Assembly (NCBI GenBank): GCA_040954595.2
Contig: CM082582.2
Span: 6,636,063 to 6,700,062 of the forward strand
DNA: 64,000 nucleotides
Direction: 5' to 3'
Source: Balanoglossus misakiensis
Lineage: Eukaryota > Animalia > Hemichordata
Below are positions 39,146-51,829 of this stretch, one piece after another. The first letter of the stretch is position 1. The number at the start of each line of letters is the position of its first letter. The position numbers and the translations under genes were made by a program. Under the pieces are notes generated by a model, which was given only the letters and a program-made list of their open reading frames with translations, did no database searches and was not told the DNA's origin.

Positions 39146-42100
39146 ATTTAGTACAGTTTCGTGTTTTCTGATATAAGGCAATACGGAATTTACTTTGTAG
39201 AATTTCGACATCGCTGCTTGAAAAAAACTCAGTTGGTACACACTGTTTTTTTGAGATGTGGCTGTGAGTTAAAAATAGCTACAAGCACACAATGATTGCT
39301 ACTGTGGTCTGTGATGCTCCGTTGGACTCGAGTGACAGACACACCTCATTTTTCATGCATCCATAAGTACAAGTGGTGTTTTTATTTACTGCTGTTGGTT
39401 TGAACTCTTTGAGGTCCGTTGAACATCTTTTCATGGATCAAACATAACTCAGAAAGCTTACTGTCTGACTCTTGTTACTGGCATCAGTGTGATGGCCTTG
39501 TTCGCAAATTCAAAAGATTTTCATGCATTGAAGGTGTTTTACCCGTCAATATTGGCTTTTTTTTTATCAAATATCCTTAAGGCATAACTATATGTTTTAG
39601 AACAATTTCTGACAGTTTTCAGCTAAGACATGGTAGCCATTTTTGTTGTCTGTGATCAGCTAACCAATACGTGCCAAAGTTTTTGTTGTTTTTTCTGTTT
39701 TTGTTGAGATGAAAAAAGCATGACAACTCTTTGAACATTAATTGTTTTTGAAATGTTATCAGTTGTTTCCATATAAATAAATTTATATTTTATTTCTATC
39801 ATGAAAACATGTTCGTCTTGTTTTATCCTATTTTGATAATTGATGTTTATCTTTTTGGGGACATATCATGAAATGGAATATTATTAATGAACTGTTAATA
39901 GTATCACCCTTTGGAAAACTTTTCCTGAAATTGTTTTACGCAAAATCTGTAAGTGCAGTGTTTGAATTTGGCGAAAGTTTTAGTTGACAAGTTATCACTG
40001 ACACTTTCCCCCAGGAAACTGACCGCGTTGCATGCTGGTACTTAAGAGCGCCCCCTGAAGTTGAACAGGCAACATCTGTGCGCTTGAGGTCATTCGGGTC
40101 ACGGTGACTCTACGGGGAATCTTGTAGCTGGCACATAAGGTCTCTCTCCACACCAGCCGGTTCATGGCAAATGCTCTTGAAGCAGACGAGAGCTGTCCTC
40201 ATAAAACACACCCTGACTCTGGTGACTCGCCGCCCGCGCAATTAACTTGTCCGTATTGACATTTGCTTTCTACTTAGTTGAATGCTGAGTGGTGCCATTT
40301 ATGTTGGAGCACAAAAGGATTTCCTCTTTTGTGATGGTGTTTGACAGACTCTTGTGAAGTTGTAGTGTTGTTCAGGGCCGGCCGGCTAATCCTGTTTTTA
40401 ACGCGACCTGCTACTACTTGTCCGCCTTTAGTCAGGATTTGGATTTCTGGACAGAGTTGTAAAGCCGATACTGTTGGCAACTGAATCGGCCAAAGATGAC
40501 GTATAATGTATTTTCCTATTGGCCAAAATCCACCATCGATCTAAAAGACGCTGCACCGTCGTCATTGGCGAAATGTAATCGCCACTTCACGTGAATCTCC
40601 GACGGACATCACATCTTACGGTTCAGTATTAAAATCCAGGGAGGCCTTTATCTCGGATTTTTATCGATGAAAACCACAGAAAAAAAGCTGATTCAGCATT
40701 TCTATTTGCCTTACCAGTTATGAATGCTCTACATCTCCTCGGTTGATAAATATTCTCAGAGAAAATGAAAGGAATTAAACCGTCAAAATAAAATGTGAGG
40801 TTCTCCTGATTGCGCGCCTGTTATCGCAGCTGTCAATAAAAATGACAGGATCACAGGGGACTTTCTAATGTACGAGTAATCAAATACGTGTGTTAATCTT
40901 TTAACCACATTGGGGAAGATTGGGGTTTCACTTAATTCTGTGATGTATGGCAAGCGAACAGTGTCGCGTTTCTATAAACGATGCCGTGGTACATGAGAGT
41001 GTTCTGTCAATCGGACAATTTCTCAGAACTTGCTAATTACTTTTTGTAACTAAAGAAAGAGATGTTCGAGTTCGGCTTTCTCTCTTAAATTTTTAAAATC
41101 GCCGATTTTGTTTTTGGTTTTCCTTGAGTTAGTTTTGGTGATCTTATTCTATTTTTTGATCGATTCGTGCTCTTTTTCGGCTCTATTTCGTTGAAGCTTT
41201 GACAAAGAAATCAAATTTTGATGAGAAATCCGATAGCTATCACTCGGACCAGCACCACAGTGTGTTGCGAGGGTCAACTAATGTTATATCACCGATACAA
41301 GCAATGATGGCATTTAGAAATACCAGACGCATTGTCTAAATATCTTGTGCAATTACAACTTGGCACGGCACAAATGGTTTGAATACTACGCAACGTCTGG
41401 AAGCGTTATCAGTCCCTCGGTGAAATTTGAATGTTGAAAGAATTGAGCCCAAAGAATTGTTCGATGAAAATAACTGCAGTTAGGCTGCCGGCACGTCCGA
41501 CTCTTTAAACGACGAATAATAAAGAAGACCGTGGCAGAGTTACAAATGTGTGAAGTGTGATTCAGGCCCCTTTGTGTATATGCTGCCAGGCGATTCTATA
41601 AATACGAGCACAAATATGGCAATGGTATGCCCACTTACAGCTGGAGAAGAGGTCACCCACTCCTGGGGCCGTTCCCACATATTTAAAAGGAGTTGAATTC
41701 AGCAGGGGGAGTCACTCACGAATAATCATTATACACTTTAACAGTATTATCCATAATAACATTTATGTTATCACCATTTTTGACTACCTGTACCTTATGA
41801 AATATGTCATACAGTTTAAAGTAACGGTAACCCGTTAATCTAATTAACGAATCCATTATGTTACCTATTCATTAACACATCATTGGAAATCAAAAGGCCG
41901 GACATTCGTGTTACAAAGCTATTACAGACTAATTAGTGGTCGAGTTTGCGAACAGTTGGCAATAAACTTGCATATTTCCTGAGTTATACCCCCGGTGGGA
42001 CTGTGTATATACACGACAAATGCTATAGTGTACAGGCATGTAAATTTGAGGGCGGTCTGGTTTTCATAGTCGGAGGAAGTCAACTGGCGTTGGTGGGACA

Positions 42101-42227
42101 GTGGAGTGCTTTCCCCGGGAAGTCTATACGCACTGCGATAACTTTTGACAGCTCGCTCGTTCGCCTGCACACAGACGTCCACTGTACTGGATTCTTTGGC
42201 GTGACACAGAAACACAGGAATTTCACA

Positions 42228-45201
42228 ATGTCTTTTCAGGTAATTATGATCAATATAGTATGATTTGACCTATTTTAGGGGGAGACAGATATGTCGCTGG
42301 ATATGTACACATCTGTGTGGGTGACGTTTTATCAGTATGTAAAGTACGTTCGTAGCAAGAAATGTGTCGGTATACGTTCATAGCCAGACTCCGGAAACTA
42401 AATATTTGCTTAAATCTCAGACAATCTGAAAACACTCGAACAGGTCGAGATCCTGTCCTTCGTTTGTTCCGATTGTTGATTCATCGATGTGCGTCGACGC
42501 CCAGCCTATTTGCGGTTTCGTGGTGGACTTTTTACGCCATCGTTTCCATTACAGCATTGGTAGAGAGGTCGACCCGTCACAGTGCAAAGCAGGGCCGTCG
42601 TTTTCTTTTTTTCCAATTGCGACGGGGGGTTCGTCAGCACAAAAGACGTCCCTATACGGCATCACAAGGGACGGGATATTTGGCCACTTTACAGAACACT
42701 AAATTTCCGCGCGGTAAATAGATCCCATCTATTTATCACTTCAGCAGAGCTCTAAAGGGATTCCTCATTCAGCCCTCAAAGCGCAGCTTGAGTTCATTGT
42801 CCGTGCTCGGCGCTGCGTTTAATGTTGAATCACCGCGGTGCGTAAAACCGGTGGCTTGCCTTTCAGGAAGAATTTGTAAACAGTTGTGTTGTCGTCATAC
42901 CTGCCCGGCAAACATACTCATAAATACAAAATGTAGTTCAGTCGAAAACACGCCCTTATATTTAAACGCCCGCCCCTCGGTGGGTTAACAGTACATCAAT
43001 GTATTTATCGTTTTGGGCATACTGTTAGTACAACTCCATGAATAATTTTCTGAACAACCACAAAAACAAACAAAACAGGATCAGTCATTTTCAATTATGT
43101 AAGTAGGGCCTACAACAGAGGTTGAAATAGCGAATTGTGGCGTTTTCCTTGAGGGATGGTGTTATAACCCAACGCAAGAGGTCACGCTTTCGACCACAGT
43201 CCGTTTCACTGATGCGTTTGTGCACAGTGGAGTGACCGTGGTTTGTGGTATGATAATCCCTACATCGCGACTGGTTTTATTTTACATGCGTAAAATCGAT
43301 CACACAATCGCTGTTGTTAGTTATGACGAAACTATCAGATCATATTATACGTGTCATTATCCATATTGTATGATCAAATTAGCCTGTCAAGGATAAAACT
43401 ACCAGACCATAGAATAATTATACGTGTAATTATTTATACGGTAGTGATCAAATTCGCCTGGCGTGTATTTTTTTCAATCTGTTGGTCGCTCTCTAAAACC
43501 ACAGTTACATACTTATGAACGTTCTGAGTTTGATGGGACCGTATTGATATTATATAAGTATATATTCAGTTACTGTGTTTGTCGCGCAAGAGCGAGGAAG
43601 AGCGATTCGGTTCGTGCATACCATGTGAGTGAGTGTATGAAACTATACCGGCGTTGTGTTACAGATCAACTGGGGCGATGGCGGCCAACAAGACGACGAC
43701 GAACCAAAAGCTCCACAACCACAGGTTTCACAACAAGATCTCGAGGAAAGTCTGACGGGAATGGGATCTAATCCGGAAACGAAGTCCGAGTCGTTCAGGA
43801 AACTGGAAACCGGTGAAGGTTCGTATGCGAGCTGCAAAGACGGAACGCACCACCACAACTTAATTAAAACCCGAAGCTACATGTATTGTAGAAATAGCTG
43901 TTTCCTAAAGCTAAATATTAATATTAAAATAAATACGTGTACATGAGAGTATTGATTTTGTCCAGAATGCAATCTTTAAAAATCGCATAACTTTACGGTG
44001 CGATTTGTCTCTTGTGTTCGGACAAATTTTGTAGACTGCATCTGTGTCTGAGGGAATTCCCCCAAATGCGATTTTATCATTAGGCCTATGCAGTTTTTCA
44101 TTTTCCCTTCTCTGCTATATACTAATGATTATATTCATGTAGCGCAGCATGAAGATCGCCGATATCAAGCGAGTAATTTTTTTCGGGCTTCTCATCTTCC
44201 CTGAACATTAACCGAAATAATTACGCCACTGTTTGCATGTAGCACGGCGACTGAATTCCCTCATTCAGTTTTCTCTCTCCATCCCGACAGCCAAGTCCAT
44301 TTTCAGCGGCGACGTGACGGGCAGAGAAACGGTGTTCAAGAAAGTCAACCAACCGATAGGCGGCATGCGACAGAACCTACCCGACCCAAGCTTACTTCTG
44401 TGCATTGGTTGCGGGGACAAGTTGGTGTAAGTTACAAAACATATTTCGCGCATGTGCAGTTCCACCGACAGTTGTGCCCATGGAAACATGGGGCTGGTAT
44501 CTCCCATCCCACCAACGAAGGTCACGTATATACATGTAAACCACAGACTGTGTTTCGCTATCATATCACATATAACCGACTAGCAAACAAGGTCACCGCA
44601 TGTTTGTGTTCCAGTGCATGTAAATATAATATGCAGAAAACTCGCATGTCGTCATCGCAAGGGGTCTACGCCCTTGTAGTCCGACACTTGATATCGGAAG
44701 ACAGTCTGAGACAAGGAACGATTACAGTTTAAAATTCCCCAAGAACAAGATGGCGTCTAAATGAACGGTGTTCTCCGTACCCCGTGGGTTTTTGCGATCG
44801 GGCCAAAAATTCTCACGCCGAAAATAAAATATGCTTGGCTTTCTTGGCATGCACAATAAAATGTACAAACTATGCCGCGTTTTTAAAAATAAATTAAAAA
44901 CACATTTTCTTCACTTTCCTACAGGGGCAAGTTCGTGAAGATTGGTGCACATGGTCTTCATAGTGCATGTTTCAATTGTTCTGTTTGCGGCGAAAATCTT
45001 AAAGGCAGAGGTAAAGTAGACACCGTTACTATCATCGGATATTGAACTTCGCAATTCACAAAACCACTAACGTTTTGATAATCTTGACAGTGTTCTCGTA
45101 ATATTTGGTACCTCGGCTTTACACAACTCTCAATTCTTTGTTTTGCAGGTTATTTCCAGAAAGATGGCAAACTCTACTGCAGGAAAGACCGGCCACTGTG
45201 A
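42228..45201 (+). CDS. Small ALP/PDLIM-like single-LIM protein (~146 aa), apparently lacking the PDZ domain
   Basis: Exons 42228-42239 (ATG TCT TTT CAG|gtaatt; least certain), 43665-43818, 44291-44426, 44925-45010, 45149-45201 (TGA), phases consistent. LIM: CIGCGDKLVGKFVKIGAHGLHSACFNCSVCGENLKGRGYFQKDGKLYCRKD. KSESFRKL resembles the ALP/Enigma QSxSFR motif. AATAAA at 46287. Confidence 0.85.
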
Positions 45202-46728
45202 TCGCGCACCTTGACAAAAAGACACACTCTAAACTTGGAGACGTTTCCGTACTCAGCATCAACCGTTAACCTCGGAGTGTACATGTACAATCAAAGTGCC
45301 AAAAGTGTCCGGAACTTTGCTGAACATTGTCTATGAGACTCGATTTTCTTCTTGTGGCATGAAGTTTCTAAAGTCGAACCGATCCTTATTCATATAATAT
45401 ACCTAATCATTAAGTTAATTATAAAACACATTACTCGTAAACGACAAGATTTGGCGCATGATGACGCATGTTAATTGTGGGGGGGGGGGGGGGGGGGAGA
45501 CATGCCACTTTTGCCAAGTCCTGCACGGCAAGCTTTCTTGATAGAATTGAAATTCTGCAGAGCCTTTCTAAATCAAAATCCTTCTCACGTCCAATGGTGC
45601 CAAGATTTCAGGTATAGCTCAAGTCCACATGTACTGCCAGAGATATTGTCGATGCCAAAATAGGCCTAAGTAAATTTCTGTTTTCCATCGCAAATGTTTC
45701 CTTTCTTGGCAATGTTTCTGCCGAAACCAAGCTGCCTTACTTTTACATACTAGTAACCTGACGCCCAGACTCGAAAATCCGTTGTTCCATGTAAGGGGGG
45801 CGGTGCCCTCAAACGACGGATTTTCCAGTCTGTCTGAAGCCATGTATCTGTATTGCTCTTACGCTGACAACACGTCTGTCAGATGTCACGGTGACAAACA
45901 CATTAATCTCCATTCAGTTATTTGCGCCTTTCAGGTTTTAAATCGATGAAAAATCACAAACAGAAGCGGAAAATATTTCCTTCCGTTCGCTTTGTTGTCT
46001 TGACAACAACTGTAGTCTGGTCAACTGACCCTTGTTTCTGAGCATTGTGGGTAACCAATGACTACGAGAAATTGGATCACCAATGTAACGGTACACTCCT
46101 GCATGCAATGGTCAAATCTCATCATCAACCCATTCATCTTAATGAAGGTCACTTTGAACATTATTGCAGAATAATACACATTAATTTCTCATCATTTCAA
46201 GAAAAAAAGACTGTCTTCCCTGAGGCATGTATTGTGAATGATCACTTTTGAACTCTGTTGGTTCCATTTTTTTGTTTGTGATTTGAAATAAACCACTTGT
46301 CTTTTAAACCACGCTTGTCTGTTATTTTCAGTTTGTCGATTGGTTGACCTAGCTACCAGTGACTTCATTCACCTGCTCCCCCGACAAATGAGGTTATTTG
46401 ACCCAGCCTGAAATTTACAGTGACCTGATGTCACTTTATATATATATTAAGACTACAAAAGTATAAATAAATGAATAAATAAATACATATATTTCAGGAT
46501 GTAACAGGAAAATATGGCAGAAAAATAGTATGACTCCCAGAATTTAAATTTTCCCTTTTTTTACATAAAACCCATGTGCTCATTTATTTCCCTTGTTCTT
46601 GACAGTGTTTAGTGATCCGGGACAACTGAGATAGGGGGACGTCGGGAAGACGTCGGGCAAGTTGGTGAGACGTTTATACTGCCCTCTAGTGTCTAGTGAG
46701 GGTAAACAAAAGAGCTTGGGTCTCTTGA

Positions 46729-49700
46729 TCATGAGTAGAAAACAATGATATGAAAGACGGACAGAAGAACTGAAATTAATACAATCAACCAAGGCTTTCT
46801 AACGTACGAGATGGACAGTCCTGAACTTTTCACTTCAATCTCGGGTACTTCAATGTTTATCGCATCTGTGGAAATATCGTTGTCAAAGGTGTAGGTTCCG
46901 TTGGTACACTGAAACAGGTCGCTGTCGTAGTATTCCCCAGCGACGATACACTGGCACTGGAAAAAGTAGGGCACATAGACAGACTTGTCCGGACATCCGA
47001 GATAGCCGAACACGCCACTCTTCATCTGCACAGCAAGAAAAACATGCATACGCGCGGTACATGTACCAAGGATTAGTGAAACATACCAGACGAATAAGAA
47101 ATTTGGACCCTCTCTAATAAAAGGAGCAAAAACAGGCACCAGTGTTCATTCTCTTAAAGGGGAAATCCGTCGTGGCTGATTTCTACATAATTTGGTAGCT
47201 TTGATGTCACTCTTTCAGAAAAAAACATATTCGCCATGTATAGGTCGCGCGATTTTTTACAAAATCTAGGGAAAGTTGGCAGAATTTCCAATATGGCGTT
47301 TACTGTAATTTGAATCATGGGAAAAAAAGCGCCAGGACCAACTTCCGCCCACCTTAGTGTGGGTGATACCATTTTCCGATTGGTGTCACTGCGTCACAAG
47401 CTAAGCGTATTTGCATATTTTCCATGGGTTATAGCTCATGAAAACTGTCAATAGATGACAAATTTTCGACTTTGCTGATGATTGTTTATCAACTGATGCA
47501 AAGAACAAACAATAGCTATGAAAATACGCCTAGTCTGTCGCCCAGTGACACCTATCGGAGAATGGTATCACCCACACCATGGTGGGCGGAAGTTGGTCCT
47601 GGCGCTTTTTTTCCCATGATTCAAATTACAGTAAACGCCATATTGGAACTTTCCCTAGATTTTATAAAAAATCGCGCGACCTATACATGGTGAATATGTT
47701 TTTTTCTGAAAGAGTGACATCAAAGCTACCAAATGATGTAGAAATCAGCTACGACGGATTTCCCCTTTAAACATACACCACAACCACCACCTAAAATGTT
47801 TATAACACTTTTCAACAACAAAAAAATCTTGGGGTTCAAAATATGGTGTCACCGACAGTGAGACCAATTTGAGGTAATCAACATCAAACCAACAAACCTG
47901 GGGCAGTTTCGTCGACGCCTGCAGATTGCGCCGTTGCCGGGCGCTCCTGCGGGCCTTGGCGACAACCTCCATGGTCTTCTGGAACTCCTTGTAGGTGATG
48001 GCCGTGGAGGTGAGGATGCTGCGCTTGTGTCGTCGTGCATCTCTCCTCCTTCTCGTCGTTGGCTCCTCCACTTCAACCATCGTGTACACGGTCGTCATCA
48101 CGTAATTCATCCTCTCGCCTTCGTAGATATTAAATTAACAAAAGAAATATTGCATGTAAAGATCTCAACAGAGGGAATATTCCTGCCTTCACAGAGCACT
48201 GGTAATATGTGGATTACAGCAAAACCTGTCTAAACCAGCACTTTGATGACCTCTGTATGAACTTGAACTTGAACTCTTCACTGTCAAACTTGAGTGGTCT
48301 TTCATCATTCACTTTTTCTTTGGCCAGCAGAAAACAAAAATTGTAAAAGTGGCAAATCATAAACCACTGCCAACCTTAGGTTCCAGGAAATACAAATGGT
48401 GACAGTATAACACACTGACTTACCTGACAAAGCATTGTTAGTAAATTCCACTATGTGTAGTTTTTGTTCCGTGTCGTATGTCTGTGTGTTCAGCTCCGTG
48501 TCTGTCGTGGGTTTGGGGATGTGCTTGGCTGTGTATTCGACTTCTGGCAACAACTCCAAAACGTCTAATTGCAGAGGAATATATAAACAGTTAGAATTGA
48601 TCACAGCATTTTACTGATCTGGAAATCAAACACTGCTATTTGGTGTCATGATGATGGTGACAATTAATAGTGTTGAGGAGGTTCAATATTCTCCATCTTA
48701 AGGTCTGTTTAGTCCACTCATTGCAAACCACTAACAATATGGTCGATAATATTTTTACTTAGTTTTTAGAATATCTTCAGGCCTTAACTAAAGTTCACAC
48801 ATGTCAGTAAATCTACTAAATGTTCACCCACCCATGTCTTTCATCTTGATGAAGATGGCCATCGTGTCTGCCTGACCAATGCTGGCATCTGTGTGAGCGA
48901 AGTTTGAAAACACAGAAACATTCAGTTTCATAATACACAAATGTACATCAACGGATGGGGCTATGTATTTGTGCTGTATATCACACAGAAATAATTTTGT
49001 CAATGTTCTTGCAAGACTTGGACATATCTCAGTGAGCTGTGAGCAAAAAGCAATGTGACCTTGTACTGCACTTGGGAAGGTCATGTTCAGCCTAAAGAGA
49101 CGTTTCCTGTTTGTAAATGAACTTGTGCTTTCTTAGTCAAAGCTTAAATGACACTCACCGCTCCACTTCATATAAGAGTCACCAGTACTGTACAGAAACA
49201 ATGGATAGCTGCTAGCAGACGCCTGTTCCCAGTTGCACACATGCCTCGCTGCAGTGGCTTCTACGACCGCCAAGTACCCTAGATCGTCCGGGCAACCGTA
49301 GTAATTTTGGCTGATGAAGAACCTCCTTTCCACACCATCAAGCGCATAGTGTCTGCCGTGAATTAAACCACACAGAAAATAAAGTAACTCATTTATAACA
49401 CGTCAACTGGTACATGTATTTAATGTTGTCTCTGGGGGGTTTGCTTGAACTTGGATGGATGAGTGTTTTCATTGTGTTTCTGTGGTGCAACTGACATTTG
49501 TAGCTGTGTGAAACTATACTTTCACGTGTCTTCTGTGAATGAACCAGTATGTTAGCAATTTGTTGGAATTGTTTGGTGCATGTATTACTACTAACATCAA
49601 ACATCCAATGATAACACCTACCCAGGAATGGAGAAATAGTTCTTGTAACTCGTTGCGATGTCGCTGTACGGAGACTCCATCAACCGGTCTTCTGTGAACC

Positions 49701-51693
49701 AGCTGACCTTGTCGCTCAGCAAACCGTCAAAGACTAACCTTAAAACCTCTTGTCCCGCAGAGTAGAGTACAAATCTTACCTGTCAATGCAACAAATTTCA
49801 AATTACCAAAAATTATGTAATGGAAGTACATCCATGTATTTTGCTATATTGCGTCCATATATTTTGGGTGGGCAAAACTGATGACTAAGCATTTCTCGGG
49901 GAATTAAATCAAAATGTAAATAAAAAAAATATACAGCAATTTTGTTACTGCATGTATAAGTTAGGAGAACTACACTTCTGTAGTAAGCAATAAGCTTGAG
50001 CTCATAGGCTAGTCGGTTTTACCAAAGGGCTATTTATTTTGCTCTCACTGGCCCGACAGACCAGCAAATTGTCTTTAACACTGACTGGGCTAATTAAAAC
50101 TGGGATTGTAACCTTCTTTTCGCTCCTAGTCTGGAGGCAAAGTTGGATCTAAAAAGGACATGCTAAACTCTGCTGCTGAAAATCACAGGCAACTGGCTAT
50201 GATCGCCTGAGTGACCACGGATGGATACATTGCAATTATTTCCTTACCTCCTCAATCCAAAGAGTTGACCACTTCTGAACAAGACTGCTTTTGTAATTCT
50301 TCGGAGTTCCCTGAGTGATGTCCAACTCCTTGGCAGTTTCATCATGCTCATTCACGCTGACTGATGATGTCCACAGATTAAACGTATTCTGCTGAGTTCC
50401 GGCAAAAACTTTGAAAACTAAGAGAAAATCTGGGCAAAAAAATATAAAAAGTTGAAAAATCATCTTAAAACTTTGTTTAGTTTTCATCCCCAATTGAAGA
50501 CAAAACCAACGGTTGTTCACAAGAACAGAAGAAAAAAATAATTTTCCTGGTCAATTTCTGACAGAAAGATAAAACTGCTAAACGCTTACCATATTCACAA
50601 ATAAATGGAACCACATGGTGACAAGGATAATCATTAAACTTGTAATCTTCATTTCCCCTGAAAAAAAAATTAAAGAAATATTTTGCAGCATTTTGCCAGG
50701 ACTTTCCATAATAGAGTTTTATTTTGCATGACATTTCAAGAATGGTGTCAAATTCCCAGATTTTCCAGAAGCACCCTCCAATAACAATGGCACAGAACAC
50801 ATCAACAAGACACCAACCTGGGTCCTGGGCCCCCTCCCAAACCTGGACGGCCTTGAACTTACCAGAGTGTTACACAGTCTTCATCCCCATCATAGTCGTC
50901 GGGATTGTAAGAAATCCACGTGGCGTACTGGATGACCTCGCCATTGGAATATTTGAAGATGCCTTCATGCTCCGTGTCAGTCATGTCCAGGAAATATATA
51001 CTACCTTTCAGGTGGAAAAGAAAAAAAACTTTCTAAACTAAAGGTTCTAAACTCATGAAGTTTTACTGAAAATGTTGAGCATGCATGCACATACTGAAGC
51101 AAATCTGCATGAAAACCAAATTAAGCTGAAACAGAGAATTTTGTTTAAAAACGACATTTGTCCCTAATACCCATCTTTCTGCTTGTCAACACAGCCTGTA
51201 TACATGTATTACAACCAAAGATGTTGTTAACACAAGGATTCAACCCTGAAAAGCTGAACATGTACCTTTCAGAGTCCATTTTTATACAAAACACCTCAAC
51301 AGAACCTCTCTGTAAACTGGACACCTCTGTAAACTGGACAATTTCTGCTATTCTTTTGGTGCTCAGATTGTAGTCAGGTTTTACCGCATTTAACCTCCGT
51401 CCAGATGGTGGAAGGCCTGGACAGCATTCAGTGTCTGGCAATTATCCACGCTTGACACTCACCATATCACATCACACTCTCCTACCACAATACTTACTTG
51501 GATTTGGCCGAGATTGGATCTGTTTTTGGATATACTGGTGCGCCTCTTCACTTTTAATTCTGGCCAAACGTCCACCTCTACCGACGCAATAGCTTTTTGC
51601 CCCATCATGGTTCCGACCCTCTTCTACAAACTCGTACTGAAGAATTTGTCCTGTATTTTTTTAACCATGCAGGAAATATTAAAAAGACATGCG

Positions 51694-51725
<32 letters not shown>

Positions 51726-51728
51726 CAT

Positions 51729-51759
<31 letters not shown>

Positions 51760-51797
51760 CTCATCCTCATGATCATGATCATCATCCTCATCATCAT

Positions 51798-51829
<32 letters not shown>

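Noticed and set aside
43340-43460. Short imperfect duplication (ATTATACGTGT..TGATCAAATT.GCCTG)
   Set aside because: Ordinary degenerate intronic duplication with no further signal.
47154-47770. Paired ORFs beginning MVSPT on opposite strands
   Set aside because: Produced by the inverted arms of the MITE; no transposase motifs.
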